A stretch of DNA of 50,169 bases, from assembly GCA_039028615.1 (NCBI GenBank), contig JBCCHT010000061.1, positions 1 to 50,169 on the forward strand, written 5' to 3'. Under the pieces are notes generated by a model. That model saw only the letters and a list, made by a program, of their open reading frames with translations. It made no database searches and was not told the DNA's origin. Both the position numbers and the translations under genes were made by a program. Positions 1 to 9,531 of the stretch are shown in pieces (position 1 is the first letter of the stretch; each line of letters begins with the position of its first letter). Origin of the DNA: Myxococcota bacterium. GTDB taxonomy: Bacteria > Myxococcota_A > Polyangia > Nannocystales > Nannocystaceae.

Positions 1-984
1 CTCACCGAGGTCGGTCCGCACGATGTCGAAATGGTGTCGCTGCCCTTGGTCGATCCCACCCGGCCGACGCCCGCGAACCCGGGCTCCGACTCCAGCGACG
101 AGCGCTCGTTGCCGACCACGGTGTGGCTACCGGGGCCCGAGGCAGATCCGGGGCCATTGGTGATCTTCGCCCATGGTTTCGGATCGACGGCCGCCGACGG
201 GGCCGCGCTGGCCGAGCGGTGGGCGAGCTTCGGCTATGTCGTCGCGGCCCCCGATTTCCCGACGACCCACACAGGGGCCCCGGGTGGACTGCTCGCGGCG
301 GACGTCGTGGAGCAACCGGCCGACGTCACGTTCTTGGTGAACACGCTGGGCGAAGCCTCTCGCGATCCCGAGTCGCCCCTGTACACCCGTGTCGATGCCA
401 GTCGCGCCGCGATCGCGGGACTGTCGTTGGGTGCGCTGACGGCCCTGTTGCTGCTCGAGGAGGACGAAGCTCCGATCGACTCGGCCGTGCTCATGGCCAC
501 GCCGAGCTGCTTTCTGGCCCCCGGATCGATACCGAACACCACCGTCCCCACCCTCGCGGTCCACGGCGACGCCGACGTCGTCACCCCGTTCGACACGCAT
601 GCGCTCCCGCTGCAGGATCCGCGCAACGACGCCCGATGGTTGGTGCGGATCGCGGGCGGCACCCATACCGGCTTCAGCACCCTCGCTCAGCCGGCCGTCG
701 CGGGCCTCGACCACGCGGACATGCTGGGCTGTGATTTCCTCACGCCACACCCGGACCTGTGGGACGAGCTGGCGACGGCCGTCGATGGCGATGCCGCGAG
801 CTGCAGCCCCATCTGCGCGTCCGCCCCCCCGTGGCCCGATGCCGTCGACGCGGGTCTCCAGCTACAAGCCACCGCCGCCCTGTCGCTGATTCACTTCGGG
901 CGGACCCTGCGGGCGTGTGACGATGCGCAGGCCCTGTGGGAGCAGCTGCTCGACGGCGAGGCAGTGGGTTTGGAAGTGCTCTGA
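1..984 (+). CDS. Alpha/beta hydrolase (chlorophyllase/dienelactone-hydrolase-like), 5' partial
   Basis: Motifs PLVIFAHGFG, nucleophile elbow GLSLG, HGDADVV and GGTH. The frame is open back to position 1 (LTEVGPHDVEM), so the true start is upstream of the window. Confidence 0.85.
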   Translation, partial: LTEVGPHDVEMVSLPLVDPTRPTPANPGSDSSDERSLPTTVWLPGPEADPGPLVIFAHGFGSTAADGAALAERWASFGYVVAAPDFPTTHTGAPGGLLAADVVEQPADVTFLVNTLGEASRDPESPLYTRVDASRAAIAGLSLGALTALLLLEEDEAPIDSAVLMATPSCFLAPGSIPNTTVPTLAVHGDADVVTPFDTHALPLQDPRNDARWLVRIAGGTHTGFSTLAQPAVAGLDHADMLGCDFLTPHPDLWDELATAVDGDAASCSPICASAPPWPDAVDAGLQLQATAALSLIHFGRTLRACDDAQALWEQLLDGEAVGLEVL

Positions 985-1067
985 GCGATCGGGCGCACCA
1001 TCGGATTTGTTCCCGAAGACCCGGCCGAAGGAAACCTCGGCTGGCGCGGGCGACACATACAGCGTGA

Positions 1068-1652
1068 GTGGAACGAGGACCTTGCACGCGCCCCACCCCT
1101 CCGCAAAATCCGATGCGGCTCGATACGCGGGCTTGCGCGGTCAGTACGGCCTACGCCCGCTACGCCCGTTTCGTTCGCGACGCCCTCGTCCGCTGTGGGG
1201 TTCCCCCTTCCGATGCCCCCGATCTCGCCCACGAGGTGTTCGTGGTGTTGCTGCGACGGGTCGGGGACCATCGCGCACCCAAAGCCATGCGTAGCTGGCT
1301 GTTTCAGACCGCGCGTCGGCTCGCCAGCAACTACCGTCGAGGCCAGCGACGTACCCGAGCCCGGTTCGCGAAGCTCGGCGAAGCCATGCCCGAGGCCTCT
1401 CCCGAAGATCGGGTCGCCCACGACGAAGCCGCGACCTTCATCGGCCGCTTCCTCGACGACCTGGAGCCGGATGCACGCGCCTTGTTCTTGCTGAGCGAGG
1501 TGGAAGGTGTCCGCGGCACCGAAATCGCAAACCGCCTCGAGCTCAACCGCAAGACGGCCTATTCGCGCGTCTATGCCCTGCGCCGCCGGTTCGAGCGGGC
1601 GGCCGCGCGACAGTTCGGGGCCGCCTCCTGGGCTCGGGGCGCACACGCCTGA
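1068..1652 (+). CDS. ECF-family RNA polymerase sigma factor
   Basis: Region 2 (DAPDLAHEVFVV, RSWLFQTARRLASNYRR) and region 4 (LFLLSEVEG..EIANRLELNRKTAYSRV). Start is GTG 1068 or ATG 1113. Confidence 0.9.
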   Translation: MERGPCTRPTPPQNPMRLDTRACAVSTAYARYARFVRDALVRCGVPPSDAPDLAHEVFVVLLRRVGDHRAPKAMRSWLFQTARRLASNYRRGQRRTRARFAKLGEAMPEASPEDRVAHDEAATFIGRFLDDLEPDARALFLLSEVEGVRGTEIANRLELNRKTAYSRVYALRRRFERAAARQFGAASWARGAHA

Positions 1653-1665
1653 GCCAGCCGAGCAC

Positions 1666-2220
1666 CTACTCGAACGGAGCGCCGTCGACGATCCACTCGA
1701 GCCAGCGCGCCCGGACGTCGTCGGGGATCGCCACCTCGTTGAGCATCTGCGCCGTGTCGTCCAGCGGAGTGACCCACGGGACCCCCGGGGCATCCAAGAT
1801 GTTCTGGTAGTTCTGCATCAGCTGCGCGGGGGTCGGGTTGGCCACGAGCACCACGTTGCGGTCCGGGTTGTTGTGGCACGAAGCGCCATCGATGCAGCTC
1901 GGGTACGCCCCCTGCACCCCGCCCATGTTCTCCAGGTCGGTCTGGATCTCGGCAAACGTGATCGCTGCGCCGGATCCAGAGCTGTCGCTGCCGCCCTCAC
2001 TCTCGTCGGCGCCTGTGATGTCGCCCCCCTCCGAGCTCGACGACTCGCCGACCCCCGTGGTGGTGTCGGGGGTGTCCGTCGTGCTGCCCGCGGTCGATGT
2101 CGTTCCCATCGCCTCCGAGGTCGAGCCCGCGGCGCCCGTACTGGACGAGGTCGAGTCCCCTCCCCCGTCGTCGCCACATCCAAGCAATCCAAGGCAAGCC
2201 ACGAGCACCGCGCGTTTCAT
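1666..2220 (-). CDS. Lipoprotein with Ser/Thr-rich linker and possible c-type cytochrome-like domain
   Basis: Lipobox MKRAVLVACLGLLGC, low-complexity linker, CIDGASCH motif and C-terminal WLEWIVDGAP. Confidence 0.75.
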   Translation of the reverse strand: MKRAVLVACLGLLGCGDDGGGDSTSSSTGAAGSTSEAMGTTSTAGSTTDTPDTTTGVGESSSSEGGDITGADESEGGSDSSGSGAAITFAEIQTDLENMGGVQGAYPSCIDGASCHNNPDRNVVLVANPTPAQLMQNYQNILDAPGVPWVTPLDDTAQMLNEVAIPDDVRARWLEWIVDGAPFE

Positions 2221-2227
2221 CGTTCGC

Positions 2228-2233
2228 AGTGTA
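2228..2233 (-). promoter_or_regulatory. Putative -10 element (TACACT), leaderless start
   Basis: TACACT lies 7 nt upstream of ATG 2220 with no Shine-Dalgarno. Confidence 0.5.
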
Positions 2234-2313
2234 CTCAATCGGTGGCGGCCGCGGCGTGCTCTCCGGGGCTACGGCATCCGGCGCGAGCACCACCGTGCGA
2301 ATTCCGCCTGCGC

Positions 2314-3141
2314 TCACTCGATCGGCGCACAGATCCCCGCCGAGGGATCGAGCTGATCGACGACGAACCCCTCCCCCTGTCGCGCGCCGCTGAGCAGGGT
2401 CATCTCGTCACCGCCTTGAGCCCCAAAGCCCAGGTAAAGGCTCCCGTCGACTTCCTTGTAGACCCCCGCGCGGCGCTGGACCTGCGTGTCGGGAATCATC
2501 GTGAACTCGAGAAACTCCTCGCGCCATACCCCACCGTACTCGGAACCCGTGAAGTAGAAGCGATTCCACTCGTAGTACCCGGCGGTGGTGTCGTGGTTGA
2601 TGTTGGGGCACAGGAAGCCGTCCTCGTCGTCGGCCTGCCGGTAGTCCAACGCGAAGAGGTTGCAGTAGAGGCTCGGCGTCTCGAAGCTCAGCAGCTCGCC
2701 GAGCCCGATGTCGCCGTCGAGGGAGCTCTCTTCGAAACCCAAGCTGGGCACGCTGAGGGTCAGGACCTCGCCCGAGACGCTGAAGCTCCCGTTGTGAAGT
2801 ACGCCATCGACGTCTTCCACGAGCAGCGCGTCGTCGCTCTCGAAGGCGATGGTCGCCTGGTAGCTCTCCGCGCTCCCGCTGGGGTCCGCGTAGCACTCGA
2901 AGCCGCGATAGGTGAGCGCACCGAGGACCATGCCCGGGCCATTGTCGAAGGGATCGGCCGGTTCAGTGCCCGCGTCCCCCTCGCTGCCGCCATCCGCCAT
3001 CTCGCCTCCCGTCGCCGGGGTCGCCGTGTCCCCTCCGGTGCCGGGCGCCGAGGTATCGCCTCCGCCATCTCCGGTCGCGGGATCGCAGCCGGTCGCGGCA
3101 GCCAGACAACAGCAAGCGAGCAGGAGGCTTCGGGGGGCCAT
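2314..3141 (-). CDS. Hypothetical lipoprotein
   Basis: Lipobox LAAATGC, G/D/T-rich linker, acidic beta-rich body and GC3-rich codons. Confidence 0.75.
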   Translation of the reverse strand: MAPRSLLLACCCLAAATGCDPATGDGGGDTSAPGTGGDTATPATGGEMADGGSEGDAGTEPADPFDNGPGMVLGALTYRGFECYADPSGSAESYQATIAFESDDALLVEDVDGVLHNGSFSVSGEVLTLSVPSLGFEESSLDGDIGLGELLSFETPSLYCNLFALDYRQADDEDGFLCPNINHDTTAGYYEWNRFYFTGSEYGGVWREEFLEFTMIPDTQVQRRAGVYKEVDGSLYLGFGAQGGDEMTLLSGARQGEGFVVDQLDPSAGICAPIE

Positions 3142-3257
3142 GCCCAACGCTCGCAGGGCCGCCACGCGATGTCTACCGGGACCGCCCGACCTTTCCTAGG
3201 TGAAAAGCCGAGCGAGCACGAATGGCACCGCGCTGGCCCTTCGGCCGGGGCCGCGAC

Positions 3258-4427
3258 TCAACGGCGCGACCTGGCCTGCTCGGCTGCGTCGGCGTCTGGG
3301 CAGCGCTTGCGCTCGCGCAACCCGGGCAGGGTGCGACCGAACATGTCCCCGAGCGCCTCGTCGAACAGCGCGTGGTCGAGCAGGAGCACGTGCTGCTTCT
3401 TCTCGGTGACGTGCTTGCGCACCATCTTGCGGGCGACGGAAAACCCGTGCAGGTCGGACAGGTCGGTCTCGAACGCGAACGAGCCGTAGTACGCCGCAGC
3501 CTTCCAATCCATGTCGGTGCTCACGAAGGGCTCCACCGTCTCCCACAGGCCTTGGAGCTCGGTCAGCCCTCGAGCCCGAGCGGCCCGTGCGAACGCGATG
3601 AGGACTTTTTGCTGGCGACGACGCCGGTCTCGATCCCCTCGGCCGTGACGCGAGCGCACGAACTTGAGCGCCGTGCGTCCGTCCAGGACTTGCCGCCCCG
3701 CGTCCAGCGTGAGGTCCTCGCAGGCCTCCTCGTCCTTGCCGCCCATCCATAGGCAGTCTCGGATCGCACACTGCACGTCGACCTCGACACCGCCGACCTC
3801 GTCGACGACATCCACGAATCCCGCCAGGTCCACCGCCGCGTAGCGGTCGATCCGGATCCCGAACTCGCGCTCGATGAGCTGGCGCAGGAACGGCACGCCC
3901 TTGCCCTTGCCCAGCCGCTTGTTGCCGACCCGCACCGCGGAGCTGATGCGCATGGGCCCGAGCTCGGGGTCCTCGACGTAGAGATCACGCGGCACGCTGA
4001 ACGCCCCGACCTTGCCGTCGCGATGGCGAAACGCCGCCACGACCATCGTGTCCGTCCGCCCCGTGACCCGGTCATGGCGATTGTCCATGCCCAGCAGGAG
4101 CACGAACGACACGTTGCGAAGCCCACGCGGCTTCTTGGGCGGAGGCGGCGGCTCGACCGGAGCAGCGACGTCGGGCACCACCACGACCGGTTCGAGCTCC
4201 GGCTCCACCTCCACGTCCTCGTCCGCGTCCGCGAGTTCGAGCGACGGCTGAGGAAGTCGTTGTGGGGGGCCCACCGCCGCACGGACCAACCGAGCCGCCG
4301 CGTGCTTGCTCGTGTCGGCGCCCAGCGTGGTAGCCCAGGCGATGCCCGCGGCGCCCGTCAATGCGAACGCCAGCAACCACCACCGCCATCTGCGGCGTTG
4401 TTCTGCCATGACCCACCCCCGACGCAC
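3258..4427 (-). CDS. LytR-CpsA-Psr (LCP) family protein
   Basis: N-terminal TM, then LLLGMD, RTDTMVV, SVPRD, VDEVGGVEV, ALKFVRSR and DRDRRRRQQ. Confidence 0.92.
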   Translation of the reverse strand: MRRGWVMAEQRRRWRWWLLAFALTGAAGIAWATTLGADTSKHAAARLVRAAVGPPQRLPQPSLELADADEDVEVEPELEPVVVVPDVAAPVEPPPPPKKPRGLRNVSFVLLLGMDNRHDRVTGRTDTMVVAAFRHRDGKVGAFSVPRDLYVEDPELGPMRISSAVRVGNKRLGKGKGVPFLRQLIEREFGIRIDRYAAVDLAGFVDVVDEVGGVEVDVQCAIRDCLWMGGKDEEACEDLTLDAGRQVLDGRTALKFVRSRHGRGDRDRRRRQQKVLIAFARAARARGLTELQGLWETVEPFVSTDMDWKAAAYYGSFAFETDLSDLHGFSVARKMVRKHVTEKKQHVLLLDHALFDEALGDMFGRTLPGLRERKRCPDADAAEQARSRR

Positions 4428-4475
4428 GGACGGGGGTGACAGATTCCCACTGGGGCAAGAGCGCGACGAGCCCGC

Positions 4476-5555
4476 CTAGCCTACCGGGGTGAAGTCTTCG
4501 CAGGCCTCCGCGATCGTCTCGAGGGCGTCGCTGAGCACCTGGGCGTATCCGGCCGCGCATACGTTGCCGGGATAGTGGTAGGTGAACTGCGAGCTGAAGG
4601 CGGTGAGCTGGTCGGATTCCTTGGCGGTGTCCGGGTCGTTGATGTCCCAGTCGGGGCAGCCGGGGAACTTGGGCGAGCCCCCCGAGATCAGCAGGGTCAC
4701 GATGTTGGTCTCGATCCCGGCCTTGATCGCCACGATGTCGTCGAACCAGGCCTGAGCGCGCGCCTGCGTACCGACATCGAACTCCGAAGGCTCCGAGTAG
4801 TCGTCGTCTTCGTCGGTGATCATCACCAGCACGAGCAGCGCATCGGGTCGCACGAAGTCGGCGTTGCAGGCCTCGTCGGTCAGCGCGAGATGAGCGGCAT
4901 CGAAGTGCTGCTCGAGGCCGTTGCCATGTACCCCGACCCCGGCCGCGCAGGCGAACTCCTCGGCCAAGTTCTCGCTGTCGACCATATACGGCTGCCCCGA
5001 GCTGAACCCGCACTCCGGGCCGTAGCCCGTGTGTCCCCCCGGCGGCGTGACGCGATCGTTGAGCGCCCCCAGAGTGTTGACGCAGGGGTCGTCGGGAAAG
5101 GGCGGCGCGTCCATGAAGCCGTTGACGCCCAAGCGGTCGGTGGTGGTGACGCCGACGTGGAAGTCGGCCGCGGCGGTCAGCAGGGTGGTCATCGCGTCGA
5201 CGAACTCGGGGAAGGCCGCGATCAGGTTCGTCTGCTCGGTCTGCATCGAGCCCGAGTTGTCGACGACGAAGAGCAGGTCGATCTTCTTGCAGCCGTCCTC
5301 GTCGACGGTGCCGGTCTCCGCCGAGGCCACATCGAGCAGCGGACCGCCTCCCCCTCCGTCGTCATCGTCGACGCCAGTATCCGGCTCCCCGCTCTGAGTC
5401 CCGCCATCGGCAGGCGCTCCATCGTCGGCTCCCACGTCGCCGTGGTCGTCGCCCACCCCATTGTCGGTTCCAAATCCTCCAAACGTGGCGCCGTCTCCTC
5501 GTTGTGAGCAGCCGACAGCGAGGAACAAAGACAGCAACGATGTGAACCGTGACAC
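4476..5555 (-). CDS. vWA-like myxobacterial lipoprotein (paralog A)
   Basis: GTG start then VSRFTSLLSLFLAVGC lipobox. Contains CKKIDLLFVVDNSGSM (MIDAS DxSxS) and FVRPDALLVLVMITDEDD. Confidence 0.85.
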   Translation of the reverse strand: MSRFTSLLSLFLAVGCSQRGDGATFGGFGTDNGVGDDHGDVGADDGAPADGGTQSGEPDTGVDDDDGGGGGPLLDVASAETGTVDEDGCKKIDLLFVVDNSGSMQTEQTNLIAAFPEFVDAMTTLLTAAADFHVGVTTTDRLGVNGFMDAPPFPDDPCVNTLGALNDRVTPPGGHTGYGPECGFSSGQPYMVDSENLAEEFACAAGVGVHGNGLEQHFDAAHLALTDEACNADFVRPDALLVLVMITDEDDDYSEPSEFDVGTQARAQAWFDDIVAIKAGIETNIVTLLISGGSPKFPGCPDWDINDPDTAKESDQLTAFSSQFTYHYPGNVCAAGYAQVLSDALETIAEACEDFTPVG

Positions 5556-5771
5556 GTGATTGCTGTACCCCGCGGGGGCCCATTCGCCTCGGGAAGTTCT
5601 CTTCCCTGCCCCCCCGAAGCGCCGCGCCCGGACTGGAGCAAGGCGCACGGCGAACGGGAGCTCCGTGGGTCCCGGATCCGGTGAACCCCCGCCGAAGTCC
5701 CACCCCGGCACGGCCTCGAAAGCCCCGCTGGGGCCTCGTTCGAGGCTGAAAACCGTCCCTGACGATTTAAT

Positions 5772-5800
5772 GGAAACATCCGCGTCGCTCAGTGGCTGAC
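5772..5800 (+). promoter_or_regulatory. Putative ECF-dependent (autoregulatory) promoter GGAAAC-N16-GGC
   Basis: The same motif and the same 35-nt offset to an ATG recur at 8624. Confidence 0.55.
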
Positions 5801-5806
5801 GAGGAG

Positions 5807-6382
5807 ATGCCGAACGCCCGTACGGAACCGTGGCCTGCCGCGAAGACCGCGGCACCGTCGCGCCCGCGTGATGCACAAGCGATCGTCACCGAACTCTACC
5901 GTCGTCACGTCCGCACGTCCTTCAAGTTGGCGCTGCGCTACGGCGGGGGCGATCGCGACTGGGCGCAGGACGTGGTGCACGACGTGTTCATCGAGGTGCA
6001 TCGGCACGCGGCCCGGCTGGCAACGATGGACAACCCGGGCGGTTGGATCTACCGCGCGACGACCAGCCGCTGCCTCAACCGGCTGAAGCGAGAGCGGTAT
6101 CTCCGGTCGCCCGTGGTCCGCTGGGCGCTGGGGCAGCGCGAGCGGGCACAGGCCAGCCCGGAGATCATGGGAGCGACCCGCGAGGAGCTGGGTCGCCTGT
6201 TCACCGCCGTCAACGAGCTGCCGCCGAAACAGCGCGTCTGTTTTTGGATGTACCACGTCGACGGCAAGCGCCAAGACGAGATCGGCGAGGTGCTCGGCTG
6301 TCGCAAGAGCTACGTGTCCAAGCTGCTGTCCCGGGCCGAAGCGACGGTCCGAGCCTACCGAGGGGAGCCCGAGCATGGATGA
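5807..6382 (+). CDS. ECF-family sigma factor
   Basis: WAQDVVHDVF, GWIYRATTSRCLNRLK, LPPKQR..EIGEVLG. Overlaps the downstream anti-sigma-like gene. Confidence 0.92.
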   Translation: MPNARTEPWPAAKTAAPSRPRDAQAIVTELYRRHVRTSFKLALRYGGGDRDWAQDVVHDVFIEVHRHAARLATMDNPGGWIYRATTSRCLNRLKRERYLRSPVVRWALGQRERAQASPEIMGATREELGRLFTAVNELPPKQRVCFWMYHVDGKRQDEIGEVLGCRKSYVSKLLSRAEATVRAYRGEPEHG

Positions 6383-7433
6383 GCGCACCCGCGAAGAGCT
6401 GGCCGCCATCGACCGCCAGCTGGAGGAGGTCCGCATCCCGCCGGAGCTCGAGCAACGCATTCTCCACCCCTCGGCGCGGGAACTGTCGCGCGGACCGATG
6501 GTACTGGTCGGGATGGCGCTCGCTGTGCTCGTGGGGCTGGCGTGGTGGGTCGGACGCTCGACACGACCGAGCCCGACGATCGACGACTCGGCCTCGGTGG
6601 CCGAAGCCGAGCCCACCGTCCCCGCACAGCCCGAGCTCGCCCCTGCCCCGACTCCAGCCCCCGTCCCCGCCCCGCCTTCGCCCCAACTACGCTGGTCGGG
6701 TGCGCTGGCGTTGGCCCCCGGATGCGAGACCACGGGGACGACCGACCTCGAGGTCCGGGCCGGCTGCCGCCTCACCCTGGCCGATCCGCGCATGGAGATC
6801 GACGTGCTCGATGCATCGAAGGTCCGCCCGGCCGAGCGCGGCGTGCTCGTGGAACGCGGCCTGGTGCTGGTGAGCGTCGACCCCATCGAGTCCGGCAAGG
6901 CCCCGGTCCGGGTCGAGGTCACGGGCGGCACGATCGAGGTCACGGGCACGCGCTTTTTGATCGTGCAGAACCCCGACACCCGCTACGTGCATCTGCTCGA
7001 GGGCAGCATCTCGTTCATTCCCACCGAGGGGCCGGCCACCGAAGCGGTCCTCGGCGTGCCTCTGCACTGGGGACACGACGCGCCGAGCAGCGGCCCCGCC
7101 TCGCCCAAGCGGCCCTCGAGCGCCGCCACCACGAGTCCTCCGCCGCTCGATGGCGTGCTCGACGAGATCGCGGCCCTTCGTCGGCGCCAGCACTATCGTG
7201 AAGCGGTGAACGTCTTACGACGGGCCCGCAGCCGGGTCGATGATCCCGCGGTGCAAGAGGTCCTGTCCTTCGAGGAAGGCACGCTGCGCGAGCACTACCG
7301 CCCCGCCGCCTCGGTCTGCAGCTACTGGCGCGGCCACCTGACCCGGTTCTTCGCGGGACGCGATGCCACGCCCATCGTCCGTCGCCTCGAGCGTCTCGAC
7401 TGCCCCTTGCCCGACCCGAGCAACCCGCCGTGA
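6375..7433 (+). CDS. FecR-like transmembrane anti-sigma factor with C-terminal helical/TPR-like domain
   Basis: Single TM and Pro-rich linker, then the FecR signature VRVEVTGGTIEVTGTRF..VHLLEGSI. Translationally coupled to the sigma gene. Confidence 0.82.
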   Translation: MDERTREELAAIDRQLEEVRIPPELEQRILHPSARELSRGPMVLVGMALAVLVGLAWWVGRSTRPSPTIDDSASVAEAEPTVPAQPELAPAPTPAPVPAPPSPQLRWSGALALAPGCETTGTTDLEVRAGCRLTLADPRMEIDVLDASKVRPAERGVLVERGLVLVSVDPIESGKAPVRVEVTGGTIEVTGTRFLIVQNPDTRYVHLLEGSISFIPTEGPATEAVLGVPLHWGHDAPSSGPASPKRPSSAATTSPPPLDGVLDEIAALRRRQHYREAVNVLRRARSRVDDPAVQEVLSFEEGTLREHYRPAASVCSYWRGHLTRFFAGRDATPIVRRLERLDCPLPDPSNPP

Positions 7434-8653
7434 TCCTGCCGTTGGTGTTGGCCGCGGTGGGCTCGTCCCCGCCCGTGCAGGTCGAAATCGATGGACTCTC
7501 GCTCCCCGAGGGCGAAGTGCAGCGCCTGCACGGCCAGCTCCTGACGCGCCTGGTCGAAGCCGGGCAGGCCATCGGTCAGCCGGGCGTGGTGCACCTACGC
7601 ATGGCGGGCGGCGGCGGGGTGGTGCGCGTGGAAGTGCAGCACGGGCGCCGGATCTCGTTTCGCGTGGTCGAAGGCTCGGGCGCGGTCCTGCGCTTGGCGG
7701 CCATTCATGCCGCGATCGACCTGCTCGCCGAGTTCGAGCAATCGGACGCCAGCGCGGACCCGGCGTTGCTCGACCCGCAGCGGCTGGTGGTGATCGAAGC
7801 GACGCCCGACGCCGAGGCCCTGCTCCCGGCCGCCATCGAGACCACGGTCGGGATGGGCATGGTGGTGGTGGGTGAAGCGGATCGAGGCCGACGGGTGTGC
7901 CTGACTCGCAATGAAGACGACGTGCCCACACTCGGCGTCGCCCCGGTGGGCATGCCCTGCGTCGCGGAGCACGAGGTCAGCGACCTCGCGACGGTGCTGG
8001 GCCCGTTGCTGAGCGAGCCCCCTGCGGTCGCCGAGGGCGAGACCGAGGACCGTTCGAGCTCGGCCGCACCGAACGAAGCCATCGAACTCGAGCCCGAACC
8101 GACACCGCCGTCCGCCGAACGTCCGCCCGCGGAAGCTCCTGCCGCGTGGTCGTGGGGCGTCGGGGCGGGAGCGGGCGTCCAAGGCCGTATGCGGGCAGCG
8201 GAGCCGTTGTTTCGCCTCGAGGCCGCGGCCTACCACCGCCGTGGACCGGTCCTCCTCCTGCGGGCCTCCTTGGCGCCCTCGGGTGCGGAAGGGCTCCGCG
8301 TCTACGACACCTTCATCAACGCGGGCGCCGCCTGGCGCTTCACTCCCGGTACCCGCTTTACGATGCACGTCGGTCTCGCCGCGGGCCTGGCCGTACATGC
8401 GTTCGACTTCCCCCCTCGCCGGGGCGCTCGCGTGGACTTCGGCGCGCAGCTTCCGATGGGCGTCGGCGTTCGGCTCGGCCGAGGCTTCGAGCTGGCCCTG
8501 GACCCCGTGCTCGGCTGGTCGACGCGAGCGCGACGACACCTGCAAGGCGGCCAGACCTTGTGGTCCCGCGATCGCCTGCGCGTCGGGGCCATGTTCGTCG
8601 TACGTTATTTCCGTCCCTCGGGTGGAAACTCCACCCGCCGTCGAAGGCCATGA
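7430..8653 (+). CDS. Hypothetical secreted protein with C-terminal beta-strand (outer-membrane-like) domain
   Basis: GTGA overlap with the FecR-like gene, N-terminal hydrophobic signal, and alternating amphipathic beta strands in the C-terminal half. Confidence 0.7.
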   Translation: MILPLVLAAVGSSPPVQVEIDGLSLPEGEVQRLHGQLLTRLVEAGQAIGQPGVVHLRMAGGGGVVRVEVQHGRRISFRVVEGSGAVLRLAAIHAAIDLLAEFEQSDASADPALLDPQRLVVIEATPDAEALLPAAIETTVGMGMVVVGEADRGRRVCLTRNEDDVPTLGVAPVGMPCVAEHEVSDLATVLGPLLSEPPAVAEGETEDRSSSAAPNEAIELEPEPTPPSAERPPAEAPAAWSWGVGAGAGVQGRMRAAEPLFRLEAAAYHRRGPVLLLRASLAPSGAEGLRVYDTFINAGAAWRFTPGTRFTMHVGLAAGLAVHAFDFPPRRGARVDFGAQLPMGVGVRLGRGFELALDPVLGWSTRARRHLQGGQTLWSRDRLRVGAMFVVRYFRPSGGNSTRRRRP

Positions 8654-8654
8654 C
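8624..8654 (+). promoter_or_regulatory. Putative ECF-dependent promoter GGAAAC-N16-GGC inside the 3' end of the upstream gene
   Basis: Matches the motif at 5772. ATG 8659 lies 35 nt from the motif start, as ATG 5807 does. Confidence 0.5.
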
Positions 8655-8658
8655 AGAC

Positions 8659-9525
8659 ATGAACAACATCGCACTGAGACTCGCCGCCACCGTGGCCTTC
8701 GTCGCCCTGGCCCCGAGCTGTGACGAGGAGGCCATCGAGCATCCCCCCGAGAGTGCAAGCTCGCTCGATCAATTCCCCGAGCAGGTCGCCACGGCCTACT
8801 GCGCCACCTTGTTCGCCTGCGGCGGGTCCTCGAGCTGCGTGTACTCGATCCCTCTGCCCTACTCGACCGAAGCGGAGTGCGTGGCCCATGAGCAGACGCA
8901 GCTCGAGCAGATGCGTAGCAATGCGATGGCGGCGGGGATGATCTATGACCCGACCTGCGCCGAGCAGATCGTCGCGACCTACGAGGCGATCGGGTGCCAG
9001 AGTTTTCGGCAAGTGGCCTGGGAGGCCCCCGACCTGATGGGTCCCACGGGGATGGCCTGCCAGCCCTTCTACGTCGAGATCCCCGCCGATAGCGGTACGT
9101 GCATCACCATTGCAGGCACCGGGCTCAACAACTGCGAACCGGGCAAGCACTGCGCGGACGACCGATGCCACGACGCCGGCGACATCGCACCGTGCAACGA
9201 CGGCCTGTGCCCCGAAGGCACCCGCTGCACCGAGCAGGCGAGTGCCGCTTGGGGCTCGGGCAACAACGGGATGTGCACCGAGATCGTCGCCGAGGGTGAG
9301 CCCTGCTCGGGGCCCGACACGTTCTTCTATTGCGAAGCGGGGACCTACTGCCCGCGGAGCAGCGAAGACGGCGTGGCCGATCCCGTCGTGTGCGTGCCCA
9401 AGCTCGTGGCCGGAGAGGCCTGCACCTGGAGCGAGGAGTGCCTCAGCTACCTGTGCGAGGAAGGCCAATGTACGACACCGCCGACCATCCTCTGCGACTA
9501 CCCGCCCGAGCGGTGGCGACGGTAG
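8659..9525 (+). CDS. Cysteine-rich lipoprotein (Dickkopf-like Cys repeats)
   Basis: Lipobox ALAPSC and many Cys in repeats such as GEPC, CEAGTYC and GEACTWSEECLSYLCEEGQC. Alternative start at ATG 8650. Confidence 0.8.
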   Translation: MNNIALRLAATVAFVALAPSCDEEAIEHPPESASSLDQFPEQVATAYCATLFACGGSSSCVYSIPLPYSTEAECVAHEQTQLEQMRSNAMAAGMIYDPTCAEQIVATYEAIGCQSFRQVAWEAPDLMGPTGMACQPFYVEIPADSGTCITIAGTGLNNCEPGKHCADDRCHDAGDIAPCNDGLCPEGTRCTEQASAAWGSGNNGMCTEIVAEGEPCSGPDTFFYCEAGTYCPRSSEDGVADPVVCVPKLVAGEACTWSEECLSYLCEEGQCTTPPTILCDYPPERWRR

Positions 9526-9531
9526 ATCGAG

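Noticed and set aside
1030..1060. GGAAAC-N16-GAC upstream of the first ECF gene
   Set aside because: A plausible autoregulatory promoter, but its -10 differs from the 5772/8624 pair and there is no second copy, so it was not called.
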